Source: Acidobacteriota bacterium
GTDB taxonomy: Bacteria; Acidobacteriota; Terriglobia; Terriglobales; SCQP01
DNA: 64,000 nucleotides
Reading direction: 5' to 3'
Assembly: GCA_027314025.1 (NCBI GenBank)
Contig: DAHVCP010000040.1
Span: 10,903-74,902, forward strand
Within the stretch, counting starts at the first letter, position 1, and each line of letters starts with the position of its first letter. A program made the position numbers and the translations under genes. Under the pieces are notes generated by a model. It had not been told where the DNA came from. It did no database searches and saw nothing but the letters and a program-made list of their open reading frames with translations. This document shows positions 18,387-28,394 of this stretch, one piece after another.

Positions 18387-19709
18387 ATGGACGATTCCGC
18401 TCCCGTACCCGCCGCCGCACCCGGCGCTCCGACCGCCGCAGCACCCAACGCCCCGCCCGCCGCCGATTGCGGCCTCCCGCCGGCAGCCGCAGGTCGTGGC
18501 GTCCCGCCGGCAACCGCAGGCCCGCGCCGCCGCAGCCTGCTCGGCCTGCTAGCCGCCGCAGCGGCTGGCTGGCCGCTGCTCAGCCGCTCCGCCGCCGCGC
18601 AGCCGCCGGCCGGCGCCGCCGCGCCCGCTCCGGCGGGCTCCATTGGCGATCTCGGCCCGGCGATTTTGCGCCCCGGTCGCAGCCGCAAGGCGTCAAGCTA
18701 CGACCGCAGCGGCGGCAACGCCGATTTCTTCGTCATCCCCGCCGGCGGCGAAAAGGTTCTGCTCGACAGCGACGGTCCCGGCGTGGTGCGGCACGTTTGG
18801 TTCACCGTCAACGGCGGCCCGCACCACCTCAAGGACATCGTCCTCACCATGCACTGGGATCATGAGGCCACGCCATCGGTCGAGGTTCCGCTGGGCGATT
18901 TCTTCGGCCTCGGGCTGGGCCACTACTTCACCTACGCCGCGCTGCCCATGACCGTCGCGCCGGAGCGGGCGCTGAATTGCTATCTCCCCATGCCCTTCCG
19001 CCGCCACGCCCGCATCGCCGTGCGCAACCAGGGCGGGCCGATCCCCAACTTCTACTCCAATATTGATTTCGAGCTGACCGGCGCGCTGCCCGCCGACGCC
19101 GCCTACTTCCACGCCCAGTACCGCCAAGCCGCGCCCTGCCACGGCTGGACTAACGACTGGCACGACCACGGCGGCCCCATCGTGCGCGACCCGCACAACC
19201 GCTTCGGCCGCGGCAACTTCGTCTTCCTGGACGCCCGCGGACGCGGGCAATACATCGGCACCAGCTTGGCGGTGCTGCAAAACCAAAACGGCTGGTGGGG
19301 CGAGGGCGACGACATGATCTTCATTGACCAAGCCGACGCCGCCCGCGGCACGGTGCTGCCCACCATCAACGGCACCGGGTCGGAGGATTATTTCAACGGC
19401 GCCTGGGACTTCGGCGACCGCTCCTTCAGCTATCCCTACAACGGCGCGCCGCTGGTGGTGGATGCGGAGAAAATCGGCGGCCGCTGGTGCGTCTACCGCT
19501 GGCACCTGCCCGCGCCGATCCGCTTCCAGCGCTCGCTGCGGGTCACCATCGAGCACGGCTCCGCCAACTCCCGCTCGGACAATTTCTACAGCGTGGCCTA
19601 CTGGTACCAAACCGAGCCGCACGCGCCGTTTCCGCCGCTGCCGCCGCCGGCGGCGCGGCATCCCCAGGTCTTCGCCGTCGGCGGGCCCGACGGCGCGCGC
19701 CGGCCCTAG
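18387..19709 (+). CDS. DUF2961 / GH172-family glycoside hydrolase-like protein, Tat signal
   Basis: Motifs: SSYDRSGGNADF, VVRHVWFT, PLGDFFGLG, LNCYLPMPF, NGTGSEDYFNGAW. RRRSLLGLLAAAAAG is a twin-arginine motif. Confidence 0.8.
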   Translation: MDDSAPVPAAAPGAPTAAAPNAPPAADCGLPPAAAGRGVPPATAGPRRRSLLGLLAAAAAGWPLLSRSAAAQPPAGAAAPAPAGSIGDLGPAILRPGRSRKASSYDRSGGNADFFVIPAGGEKVLLDSDGPGVVRHVWFTVNGGPHHLKDIVLTMHWDHEATPSVEVPLGDFFGLGLGHYFTYAALPMTVAPERALNCYLPMPFRRHARIAVRNQGGPIPNFYSNIDFELTGALPADAAYFHAQYRQAAPCHGWTNDWHDHGGPIVRDPHNRFGRGNFVFLDARGRGQYIGTSLAVLQNQNGWWGEGDDMIFIDQADAARGTVLPTINGTGSEDYFNGAWDFGDRSFSYPYNGAPLVVDAEKIGGRWCVYRWHLPAPIRFQRSLRVTIEHGSANSRSDNFYSVAYWYQTEPHAPFPPLPPPAARHPQVFAVGGPDGARRP

Positions 19710-19760
19710 CCGCGGCCCGCGCCGCCCGCGCGCACGCCGCCACCGTGCCCGGCCCGCGGC

Positions 19761-21503
19761 CTACAGCTCGTGGTCGGGAGGCTGCGCCGTGCCGCCGGCG
19801 AAGTTGATCCATTGCTTGACCCGCTCCACCAGCGGAGCCCAGCCCGGCGCCGCCGACAGCAGACGGAAGCGCGGATCCACGGCGAGGAAGGCGGTCGCCG
19901 GATCCCGCGCGGCGATCGCGCGGTCCAGCGCCGCCAGGGCCTGCTCCCGCTGGCCCAGCGCGGCGTGCGCCAGCGCCACCGCCGCGCCGTTGGCATAGGT
20001 GTCGGCCGGCACCGCCTCCAATTCCGCCAGCAGCGCCCGCGCCTGCCGCCGCCGTCCGGAGAGGGCATAGCTTTCCGCCAGCGCCGCCTTGGCATAGGCC
20101 ATGCCATGCGCGATCTCCACCGCCCGTTCGTGCTGCGCCACGGCGTCCTCGGCGCGTCCCAAGTAGCCGCAGAGCGTGCCGAAATGCAGCCGCGGCGCCA
20201 GCCGATGCGGGCAAGCCGCGGTCGCCCGCCGCCCCAACGCCAGCGCTTCGCCGATGCGGCCGGCGCACATCAGCAGGTAGATGCGCCCGCCCGCAAACGG
20301 CGCCGAGCGGCGATCGAGAACCAGGGCCCGCGCGTTGGCCGCCAGCCCTCGCTTCGCTTCGCCCCGCGCCACCTGCCAACGGCCGTAGTGATGGAGCGCC
20401 AGCGCGTAGCTCGGATTTCGCGCCAGCGCCGCCCGGAAATACCGCTTCGCCCCCGGCCACTGCCCCGCCAATAGAATGTCCGCCTGCGCCAGCGCCAGAT
20501 ACGGTTCCGCCAGCCGCGGCGCCAGCTCCAGCGCCTGCTGCGCCGCCTGGCGCGCCTTGCGCATCGCCGCCCGCGCCGGGGCCAAACCCCAATAGGCCAG
20601 GATCCATTGGCAGGTCGCCGCGCCGGCATAGGCCGGAGCACACTGCGCATCCGCCGCAATCGCCCGCTCGAACTCCTCCAGCGCCCGCCGCATGTCGGGT
20701 CCGTTGCGCCGCCGCAACAGCACCCGGGCGCGCAAATAAGCGGACCGCGCCGCGGCGCTTACGCCCGCGCGCGCCCTCAGCGGCGGCCGCACGGGCGCTT
20801 CCATCGCCCGTCCCATTGCCGCCATCCAATCGGCCCCGCCGCGCGATTCCTGCTCCCACAGCAATGCCCCGTCACGCGCCGCGAACAACCGCATGCCGGC
20901 GGGCGCCGCATCCCACCCCGCAGCGCCGGGATCCGCGTCGGTCCCCTCTGTCCGCCAGCGGCCCGTCAGCACATAATCGGCGCGCCGCGCTCGGCTCTCC
21001 GCCCACGCCTTTCCGCCCTCGGCCCGCGCCACCTCCGGCGCCATCACCGCCACCGTCGGCAGGCGCATCCCCAACTCGTCGGCCACCATCTCCGCCGCCG
21101 CCTCCGCCGCGGGCGGCGCCATCACCGCCAGCCGCGTCCAAGCCCTCGCCGCCGCCGGGGCGGCCGGAGCGTGATACGCGGGCGCGGTAAAGCAGTAGCC
21201 GCGCCGCGCCACGGTCTGTACATAGCGCCGCTGCGGCCCGGTGTCCCCCAACACGGATCGCAGCTTGTGCGCGCACTTCTCGATGGCGTGCCCATGGTCC
21301 AGCATCTCCCCGCCGGGCCACATCGCGGCGCTCAGTTCCTGCCGGGTGATCACCTCCCCGGGCCGTGCCAGCAGCGCCCGCAGCATCGCCGCCGGGCTCG
21401 GTTGCAGCGCCTGCAAGGCCCCGTGCCGGAACAACCGCAGTCCGTCGAAGTCGAAGACGAATTCCCCGAAGGTGATTTTTCCGCGGAGACGGAACATTCC
21501 CAT
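19761..21503 (-). CDS. Winged-helix (OmpR/CadC-type Trans_reg_C) transcriptional regulator with C-terminal TPR repeats
   Basis: The N-terminus FGEFVFDFDGLRLFRHG..LQPSPAAMLRALLARPGEVITRQEL..KCAHKLRSVLGD..YVQTVARRGYCF is a CadC/OmpR DNA-binding domain without a receiver domain. The C-terminal half is TPR-like (A-x-Y..A-x-G repeats). The start is at ATG 21503 or 21497. Confidence 0.8.
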   Translation of the reverse strand: MGMFRLRGKITFGEFVFDFDGLRLFRHGALQALQPSPAAMLRALLARPGEVITRQELSAAMWPGGEMLDHGHAIEKCAHKLRSVLGDTGPQRRYVQTVARRGYCFTAPAYHAPAAPAAARAWTRLAVMAPPAAEAAAEMVADELGMRLPTVAVMAPEVARAEGGKAWAESRARRADYVLTGRWRTEGTDADPGAAGWDAAPAGMRLFAARDGALLWEQESRGGADWMAAMGRAMEAPVRPPLRARAGVSAAARSAYLRARVLLRRRNGPDMRRALEEFERAIAADAQCAPAYAGAATCQWILAYWGLAPARAAMRKARQAAQQALELAPRLAEPYLALAQADILLAGQWPGAKRYFRAALARNPSYALALHHYGRWQVARGEAKRGLAANARALVLDRRSAPFAGGRIYLLMCAGRIGEALALGRRATAACPHRLAPRLHFGTLCGYLGRAEDAVAQHERAVEIAHGMAYAKAALAESYALSGRRRQARALLAELEAVPADTYANGAAVALAHAALGQREQALAALDRAIAARDPATAFLAVDPRFRLLSAAPGWAPLVERVKQWINFAGGTAQPPDHEL

Positions 21504-21566
21504 TTGTGTCCTAATTGTGCGCACAACCCACACCGGTTCCGCGCCGTTTTAGGGCGGTTGGGAACT

Positions 21567-21610
21567 AATTGAGGAGCATTTGAGGCGTTTTTGTGGAGGA
21601 ATTGAGGAGG
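21567..21610. promoter_or_regulatory. Four helically phased 11-bp direct repeats (consensus AWTTGAGGAGN)
   Basis: AATTGAGGAGC / ATTTGAGGCGT / TTTTGTGGAGG / AATTGAGGAGG. They lie 64-107 bp upstream of the winged-helix regulator start, in the divergent spacer. Confidence 0.4.
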
Positions 21611-21921
21611 CCAAGGCGGCCATCCGGCGTGGCAGGATCACGCAGCGGGCAATGGTTCAACTGGGAGGCGATTTCCACTGCATCACCTTCCTTGTGGACG
21701 GCCAAGGAGCTGTGAGTTTTCACTTGGACGTCCACGCCGACCCGCTCGGCTCCACCCGTCAAGGCACCATCACCTGTCCCGGGCCGGTGCGCATCGTGGC
21801 GGAAGAGCGCCGCGACGGCGCCGGCGTTTATCTCGGCTCGGTTCAGGGCAATGTCTTCCATTGGGAGGCGCAATGCCCCCGCTTCACCGGTGTTCACTAC
21901 ACCATCCATCTCGCCTATTGA
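21580..21921 (+). CDS. Hypothetical small protein
   Basis: 113-aa ORF with C/G-rich third positions. No family is recognised. Its annotated 5' end overlaps the 11-bp repeats, so the true start may be the internal ATG near 21652 (MVQLGG..). Confidence 0.35.
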   Translation: MRRFCGGIEEAKAAIRRGRITQRAMVQLGGDFHCITFLVDGQGAVSFHLDVHADPLGSTRQGTITCPGPVRIVAEERRDGAGVYLGSVQGNVFHWEAQCPRFTGVHYTIHLAY

Positions 21922-21965
21922 CGCGCCGCGCGCTGCCGCGGCCGCGCACAGCCTCCCTCCGCGCC

Positions 21966-24900
21966 CTACGCCGCCGCGGGCCGCGCCAGTTTTCGCGCCG
22001 CCCGCCGCTGCTGGCGCTCGCGCAGCAGCGTATACAGCACCGGCACCGCCACCGGCGCGATGAGCGTCGAGGCGATTTCGCCGGCCATCAAGGAGATCGC
22101 CAACCCTTGAAAGATTGGGTCGGTAATGATCACCGACGCGCCCACCACCACCGCCGCCGCGGTCAGCAGAATCGGCCGGAAGCGCACCGCCCCGGCGTCA
22201 ATCGCCGCCTCCTTCAGACCCATGCCCTGCGCCCGCCGCAGCTCGATGAAGTCCACCAGGATGATGGAGTTGCGCACCACGATGCCCGCCCCAGCGATGA
22301 AGCCGATCATCGAGGTCGCGGTGAAAAACGCCCCCATCAGCGCGTGGCCCGGCAAGATGCCGATCAGCGTCAGCGGCACCAGCGACAGAATCACCAGCGG
22401 CACGCCGTAATCCCGGAACCAGCCCACCACGAGGACATAGATCAGCAGCAGGACCGCCGCGAAGGCGATGCCCAGGTCGCGGAACACATGCACCGTGGTG
22501 TGCCATTCCCCGCCCCACCGCACCGCATCCCGGCGCAGGTTGGACGGAGCGGAGATCAACCGCACCCGCAGCCGCGGTCCCAGCGCGGTGCGCAGTTTTT
22601 CCAGCCGCCGGTCCATTTGGAAAATGGCGTAGCCCGGGCTTTCCGTCCCGCCCGCCACGTCGCCCATCACATAATCCACCGGGCGCAGATCCTGATGGAA
22701 GATCGGCTGGCCGATCGGCCGCCGCACCAGGCGCGTCAGTTCGCCGAGCGGCGCCAACGTCCCGCCGCCGGCTCCGTTGGCCGCCGGCACCGGCAGCATG
22801 CGCAGCGCCTGCGGCCCCTGCCGCTCCGCCGCCGGCCATTGCAGCCAGATCGGAATCCGTTCCCGGTCCCGGCGCGTATGCGCCCAGCCCGCCTCCATCC
22901 CGCCCTCGGCCAGCGCGATGCTGGCCCGCAGATCGGGCAGGGAAACGCCGCTCAGCGCCGCCTTCCGCGGACGCGGAATCAGGTCGTAGACCTCGCCCCG
23001 CGGCTGGCTCCAGTTGACGTCCACCACGCCCGGCGTGGTCCGCATCACCTGCCGCACCTGGCGCGCCGCCGCCCGCCGCGCGGCCGCGGTTGGCCCGTAG
23101 ACCTCGGCCACTAGCGTTTGCAGCACCGGCGGTCCCGGCGGCGGCTCCGCCACCGTGATCCGGCCCCCCGCCGCCTGCGCGATCGCCGCCAGCCGCGGCC
23201 GCCAGCGCAGCGCCAGCGCGTGGCTCTCGGCATTGCGCCGCCCCGTGCTCACCAGGTTGACCTGCACGTCGCCTTGGTTCGGCTGGTCGCGCAGGAAATA
23301 ATGCCGCACCAGGCCGTTGAAGCTGTACGGCCCCGCCGCGCCGGCGTAAAACTCCACGTTCTTCACCTGCGGCTGCCGCGCCAGGTAATTCGCCAGCCGC
23401 TGCGCCACCGCCTCGGTCGTCTCCAGCGGCGTCGTCTCCGGCATGTGCAGCACCACCTCCAGCTCGGTCTTGTTGTCGTAGGGCAGCATCTTGACGATGA
23501 CCAGCTTGAAATACAGCAGCGACAGCGCCGCCAGCAGCAGCGCCGCCAGCCCCGCAACCAAGCCCCACCGCCGCCGCCGTCCGGTGAGCAGCCACGCCAT
23601 CCCCCGCCGGTAGGCCGCGCCGAGGCGCGACTCCCGCGCCGCCGCCGCCGCATGCTGACGGTGCCCCGGCTTGTGCAGCAGCCGCATCGCCGCCCACGGC
23701 GTGCCCACGAAGGCGATGGCCAGCGACAGCAGCATCGCCGCCGACGCCCCCAGCGGAATCGGCCGCATGTACGGTCCCATCAGCCCGCCCACGAAGGCCA
23801 TCGGCAGCAGCGCCGCGATCACCGCGAAGGTGGCCAAAATCGTCGGGTTGCCCACCTCCGCCACCGCCTCGATCAGCACCCGCGCCGCCGGCCGCCCGCG
23901 GTTGGGAAACAGCCGGTAATGGCGCACGATGTTCTCCACCACCACGATGGCGTCATCCACCAAGATGCCGATGGAAAAAATCAGCGCGAACAGCGTGATC
24001 CGGTTCAGCGTGTAGCCGTAGAGGGCGAACAGGAACATCGTGCCCAGCAGCGTGACCGGAATCGCCACGCCCACCACGCCGGCCTCCCGCCAGCCGAGAA
24101 ACAGCGCCACCAGCAAAATCACCGACACCGTCGCCAGCGCCATGTGCTCCAGCAGTTCGTTGGACCGCGCCTCCGCCGAGCGCGCGTAGTCGCGCGTCAC
24201 CGTCACCCGCACGCCCGCTGGAATCAGCCGCCCCCGCTCCGCCCGCAGCCGCGCCAGCGCCGCGTCCACCACGGTGATCGCGTTCGCCCCCTGGCGCTTG
24301 GCCACCGCCAGCGTCACCGCCGCCCGCGCCCGCCCGCGCGCCGCCGCCGCCACGTCGCGCTGCCCCGGCCCATACAGAATGCCGGCGTAATCGTGCGGTT
24401 CGCCCGGCCCGTCTTCGATCCGCGCCACTTGGCTGAGCAGCATCGGCATGCCCTGCCGCACCGCCACCACCACCTGGCCCAGCTCCCGCGCCGAGCGGAT
24501 CCAGCGCCCCGCGTAGACCGCCGTCGCCCGGCCGCCGCCGACCAGTTGTCCCGCCGGCGTCCGCCCGCTGGCCGCCTCGATGCGCGCCGCCAGCTCGCCC
24601 GGCGCGATGCCGTACGCCGCCATCCGGCTGTTGTCCAGCACCACGCGAAACTCCCGCCGCGCGCCGCCGGTGATCGTCACCTGCGACACGTCCGGCACGC
24701 GCTTCAGCACGCGCCGCAGCTCGACCGCCAGCTCCCGCAGTTGCGCGTCGTTATATGCCGGCCCTGACAGCGTCAGCGCCAGCACCGGCACGTCATAGAT
24801 GGACCGCAGCTTGACCAGCGGCGGCCCGCTGCCCGCCGGCAGATCCCCGCGATTCGCGTAGAGCTTGGTGTAGACCTCCGTCAGGCTGGGCTGCACCGGC

Positions 24901-25424
24901 AGTCCCACCTTGAACCGCACCGTCACCAGGCTCTCGCCCGGCATCGAGGTGGAATAGATATGGTCCACGCCGGGAATGTCCCGCATCATCTGCTCGATCG
25001 GCGCCGTCACCCGCCGTTCCACCACCGCGCTGGCGGCGCCCGGCAGCGGCGTCATCACATCCACGAACGGCACCCGGATCTGCGGTTCTTCTTCCCGCGG
25101 CATGGTCCAAATGGCGAGCAGGCCCAGCAAAACCGCCGCCATCATCAGCAGCGGGGTAAGCTTGGAATCCACGAAGAAGCGCGCCACCCGGCCCGCCGGC
25201 CCGTGCTTGCCGCCGTGCATCGCCGCGATCGCCGCTTCCTCGTCGCCCGCGCGCATCGCCGCCGCGACCCGCCGCTCGGCCCCGCTGCCCAGGCTGGGCG
25301 CGTGCACCGTGTCCCCAGCAGCGCTCTGCCCTTCGTCTCCGCCCGGCGCCCCGCCCGGCGCCCCGCTCAGTGGCCCGTCTTGCCCGCCGCCGGGTTGCAA
25401 ATGGTCCCGCTCGTCGTTACTCAT
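21966..25424 (-). CDS. RND efflux transporter permease (AcrB/CzcA superfamily)
   Basis: 1152-aa ORF with the 12-TM, two-large-loop RND layout and DDAIVVVENI-type motifs. Its start overlaps the upstream MFP stop (ATGAGTAA, 25417..25424). Confidence 0.9.
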   Translation of the reverse strand: MSNDERDHLQPGGGQDGPLSGAPGGAPGGDEGQSAAGDTVHAPSLGSGAERRVAAAMRAGDEEAAIAAMHGGKHGPAGRVARFFVDSKLTPLLMMAAVLLGLLAIWTMPREEEPQIRVPFVDVMTPLPGAASAVVERRVTAPIEQMMRDIPGVDHIYSTSMPGESLVTVRFKVGLPVQPSLTEVYTKLYANRGDLPAGSGPPLVKLRSIYDVPVLALTLSGPAYNDAQLRELAVELRRVLKRVPDVSQVTITGGARREFRVVLDNSRMAAYGIAPGELAARIEAASGRTPAGQLVGGGRATAVYAGRWIRSARELGQVVVAVRQGMPMLLSQVARIEDGPGEPHDYAGILYGPGQRDVAAAARGRARAAVTLAVAKRQGANAITVVDAALARLRAERGRLIPAGVRVTVTRDYARSAEARSNELLEHMALATVSVILLVALFLGWREAGVVGVAIPVTLLGTMFLFALYGYTLNRITLFALIFSIGILVDDAIVVVENIVRHYRLFPNRGRPAARVLIEAVAEVGNPTILATFAVIAALLPMAFVGGLMGPYMRPIPLGASAAMLLSLAIAFVGTPWAAMRLLHKPGHRQHAAAAARESRLGAAYRRGMAWLLTGRRRRWGLVAGLAALLLAALSLLYFKLVIVKMLPYDNKTELEVVLHMPETTPLETTEAVAQRLANYLARQPQVKNVEFYAGAAGPYSFNGLVRHYFLRDQPNQGDVQVNLVSTGRRNAESHALALRWRPRLAAIAQAAGGRITVAEPPPGPPVLQTLVAEVYGPTAAARRAAARQVRQVMRTTPGVVDVNWSQPRGEVYDLIPRPRKAALSGVSLPDLRASIALAEGGMEAGWAHTRRDRERIPIWLQWPAAERQGPQALRMLPVPAANGAGGGTLAPLGELTRLVRRPIGQPIFHQDLRPVDYVMGDVAGGTESPGYAIFQMDRRLEKLRTALGPRLRVRLISAPSNLRRDAVRWGGEWHTTVHVFRDLGIAFAAVLLLIYVLVVGWFRDYGVPLVILSLVPLTLIGILPGHALMGAFFTATSMIGFIAGAGIVVRNSIILVDFIELRRAQGMGLKEAAIDAGAVRFRPILLTAAAVVVGASVIITDPIFQGLAISLMAGEIASTLIAPVAVPVLYTLLRERQQRRAARKLARPAAA

Positions 25425-26676
25425 GCCCGTTCGCCCCTTCCGGCGCCGCTCCTGCCGCCGCCAGCCCGGCTTCGCCGGCGCTACCCGCCGCCAGTTCCCG
25501 CGGCGCCGCCACCACGGTTTCGCTCCCTGTTAGCCCCGCCAGAATCTCCACCTGGCCGCCGGCTTCGCCTCCGGTCCGCACCCAGCGCAGTTCCGCGCGC
25601 CCCTGGCGGTTGACCACGTACACTTCGCTCAGCCCGCCGGCCCGCAGCACCGCGCCGCTGGGCAGCCACAGTTGCCGCGTCGCCGCCAGGGGAAACGCCG
25701 CCGTTGCGAAGGCCCCCGGCCGCCATCCCCCGCCCGCCGGCAGCCGCAGCTCGACCACCGCCATATGCGTCGCCGCGTCGCTGGCCGGCGCCATGCGGCG
25801 CACCGTCGCCCAGCGGCCGGCCGCTGCCCCATCGCCCGCGCCGCCGGTCACCCGCACCCGCTCACCCAGGTGAATCCAGCGCAGCTCCCGGTCCGGGACG
25901 CTGACCCGCAGCTTGCTGCCCGCCGCCCCGGCCACCTTATAGAGCGGCTGGCCGGGCATGGCCAAGTCGCCCACCGCCGCCGGCCGCGCCGTAATCCGTC
26001 CCGCGAACGGCGCCCGCACCCGCCCATAACCCGCCGCGATCTCGCTCTGTGCCAGCCTTGCCCGCGCCCGGCCCAACTGCGCCGCCGCCGCTTGCAGCTG
26101 CGCCCGCGCCGCCGCCGCTAGCGCCTGCCGCGATTGCCGCGCCGTCGCCACCTGCTCCATCTCATAGGGGCTGACCGCCTGTTCGGCTCGCAGTTGCGCA
26201 TAGCGCCGGTAGGTGCTCGCCGCCAGCGCCGCCTGCGCCCGCGCCGCCGCCAGTTGCCGCTCCGCCGCCGCCCGCTGCGCCTGGGCCGCCGCCACCTCCG
26301 CCGCCGCCGCCCGCACCTGCTGCCCGGCCTGCGGCGTCGCCAGCACCGCTAGCACTTGGCCCGCCCGCACCGGGTCGCCCAGATGCGCCGGCAGCGCCGT
26401 GATATAGCCGCTCACCCGCGCCGCCACCACCGCCTGCTGCCGCGCCCGCACCTCGCCCGGCGCCCGCCAATACTCCGGCCGCCGCGTCCACTGCGCCGCG
26501 ACCACCGGCGTGCCCGCCGGCAGCGGCAGGCCGATCGCGCCCTCCGCCCGCGGCGCCGTCCGCCCGCGCGCGACCAGCGCCGCTCCCGCCAGCGCGGCTA
26601 TCGCCAGCGCCGCGCCCGTCATCCACCGTTTCTTTGCGTTGCCCTTGCTCATGCCCATCTCCCGTGTCTCGCTCAT
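25417..26676 (-). CDS. RND efflux periplasmic adaptor (membrane fusion protein, HlyD-like)
   Basis: 419 aa from MSETREMGMSKG... It has a signal-anchor, a lipoyl-like VAARVSGYITALPAHLGDPVRAGQVLAVL segment, a coiled-coil A/Q/R-rich hairpin and a beta-barrel C-terminus. ATG 26676 overlaps the TolC-like stop (ATGA). Confidence 0.85.
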   Translation of the reverse strand: MSETREMGMSKGNAKKRWMTGAALAIAALAGAALVARGRTAPRAEGAIGLPLPAGTPVVAAQWTRRPEYWRAPGEVRARQQAVVAARVSGYITALPAHLGDPVRAGQVLAVLATPQAGQQVRAAAAEVAAAQAQRAAAERQLAAARAQAALAASTYRRYAQLRAEQAVSPYEMEQVATARQSRQALAAAARAQLQAAAAQLGRARARLAQSEIAAGYGRVRAPFAGRITARPAAVGDLAMPGQPLYKVAGAAGSKLRVSVPDRELRWIHLGERVRVTGGAGDGAAAGRWATVRRMAPASDAATHMAVVELRLPAGGGWRPGAFATAAFPLAATRQLWLPSGAVLRAGGLSEVYVVNRQGRAELRWVRTGGEAGGQVEILAGLTGSETVVAAPRELAAGSAGEAGLAAAGAAPEGANGHE

Positions 26677-28394
26677 CGCTCCACCGTCCACGCCGCCGGA
26701 CCATTTGTCGCCGGGCCATCCACCGCTCCGCCCGCCGCCATGCCGCCGCCGGCCGCATTCGCCGCCAGCGCCGCCGCGTGCGCATAATTCAGCTCGCCCA
26801 GGCTCGCCAATGCCTCCGCCCGGCTCATCTGCCAGCCGTACTCCGCCTGCGCCTCTTCCGCCCGTGCCCGAGTCCAATCCGTCTCCGCGTCCAGCACCGT
26901 CCGCAGCGTGGTCAGCCCGGCGCGGTAGCGCCGCCGCAGCATCGCCAGCGCCGCCGCCGCCCGCCGCGCGTTCTGCCGGCTCAGCGCCCGCAGCCGCCGC
27001 GCGGTTTGCCACCGGTACCACGCCGCTTGCACCTCCACCGCCGCCTCGCGGCTCAGGCTCGACGCCTGCGCTTGCGCCGCTGCCGTTCCCGCCCGCGCCT
27101 GCGCCTGCGCCGCCCGCCGCGCCCCGCCGCCGAAGACGCTCCACCGCACCTGCACCCCCGCCATCCAGTCGCTGCCGCCGGCCCCGGTGAAGCCCGCTTG
27201 ATCGCGTTCCACCGACGCGAACGCGCTCGCCTGCGGCCACCACGCCGCCCGTGCCTCGCCTTCCTGGGCCCGCGCCGCGGCGGTCTCCGCCCGCGCCCGC
27301 GCCAGATCCGGCCGCCGCCGCAGCGCCGCCGCCTGCCATGCCGCCAGCGTCGCCGGCAACGGTGCCGTGCCGTTGCTCGCCGACGCCGCCGCCAGCGCCA
27401 GCGGCGCCGCCAGCGGCCGGCCCAGCCTCTGGTTCAGCCGCGCCCGCGCCATCGCCAGCGCCCCCGCCGCCTCCGCCCGCGCTTGCCGCGCCCGGTTGGC
27501 GTAGACGTCGGCGCTCAGCTCGTCGGCTTCCACCGCCATTCCCGCCCGGTACCGCGCCTGCGCGTCTTGCTGGCTCTGCTTCGCCGCCCGCACCGCGCGC
27601 CGCGCCGTCCGCCAATTCGCCTCCGCCTCCCGCAGTCCGTAATACGCCGCGACCGTCGCCGCCAGCACCTGTTCCCGCGTCTGCCGCCGCGCCGCGCCCG
27701 CCGCGCGGTAGCCGGCTTTCGCCCCGCGAATCGCCGCCCGCGTCTTGCCTCCATCCCACAGGCTCACGCTGGCTTGCGCCGAACTTTGCCAGTCCGTCAG
27801 CGCCCCCGGCCGGTTCAGGCTCGGCAAATTGAAATTCGCCGCCCCGAACGCGTGCTGCCGCAACAGCGCGCCGAACACGTACACCGGGTCGTCGCCCCGC
27901 GTCACTCCTTCCCCCACGCTCAGCCGCGGCCACAGCCCCGACCGCGCGGAACCAATTCCCGCCTTGGCCGCCTGCACCTCCGCGCCCGCCGCCTTCAGCT
28001 GTTGGCTCTGCCCCAGCGCCCGCCGCAGCGCCGCCGCCAGCGTCCACACCCGCGCCGGAGACGATTGCGCTCCCTGACCGGGCGCGAAAACTCGCGTCGC
28101 CATCACGCCTGCCGCGGGCGCACCCGGGTGGCCGCTCCCCGCCGCCGGCGCCTCCACGCCCCGCCGCGCCGCTGGCAGATTCGCCGCCGCCCGCATACGG
28201 GCCGGCGCCGCCGCCCTCGCCGCTGGGGCGCCATCCGCCGCTCCCGGGCGCGCCTGCGCCGCCACGCCGCCCGCCAGCCCGGCCACCAATCCCGCCAAAA
28301 GTCCCGGCGCCAGCAGCGCCGCCGCCGGCCGCCTTAGCCACCCGCCGCGCCCGGCCCCGGGCGCCACTCGCCGCGCTACGCCGCCGCCGCGCAT
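26673..28394 (-). CDS. TolC-like outer membrane efflux factor
   Basis: 573 aa from MRGGGVARRV.. with a signal-like AALLAPGLLAGLVAGLAGGVAAQA. It shows the two-repeat OEP pattern (LWPRLSVGEG.., AWWPQASAFASVE..). It has an unusually long A/G/P-rich N-terminal region, so the start is uncertain. Confidence 0.8.
   Translation of the reverse strand: MRGGGVARRVAPGAGRGGWLRRPAAALLAPGLLAGLVAGLAGGVAAQARPGAADGAPAARAAAPARMRAAANLPAARRGVEAPAAGSGHPGAPAAGVMATRVFAPGQGAQSSPARVWTLAAALRRALGQSQQLKAAGAEVQAAKAGIGSARSGLWPRLSVGEGVTRGDDPVYVFGALLRQHAFGAANFNLPSLNRPGALTDWQSSAQASVSLWDGGKTRAAIRGAKAGYRAAGAARRQTREQVLAATVAAYYGLREAEANWRTARRAVRAAKQSQQDAQARYRAGMAVEADELSADVYANRARQARAEAAGALAMARARLNQRLGRPLAAPLALAAASASNGTAPLPATLAAWQAAALRRRPDLARARAETAAARAQEGEARAAWWPQASAFASVERDQAGFTGAGGSDWMAGVQVRWSVFGGGARRAAQAQARAGTAAAQAQASSLSREAAVEVQAAWYRWQTARRLRALSRQNARRAAAALAMLRRRYRAGLTTLRTVLDAETDWTRARAEEAQAEYGWQMSRAEALASLGELNYAHAAALAANAAGGGMAAGGAVDGPATNGPAAWTVER

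Noticed and set aside
18220-18552. Small ORFs beginning MGVLACPP.. (also 47975..48316 and 50502..50708) and other 60-110-aa ORFs inside repeat blocks
   Set aside because: The shared peptide is just the translation of repeat module M3 (gggatgggcgtcctcgcctgtcc). The ORFs diverge wherever module order changes and have no coding signal of their own.
25417-28341. 974-aa ORF spanning both the MFP and TolC-like genes
   Set aside because: Only the last 419 aa (from MSETRE.., 26676) look like a membrane fusion protein. The upstream 555 aa are a G/A/R-rich alternative frame of the TolC-like gene, which is read convincingly in another frame (26673..28394).
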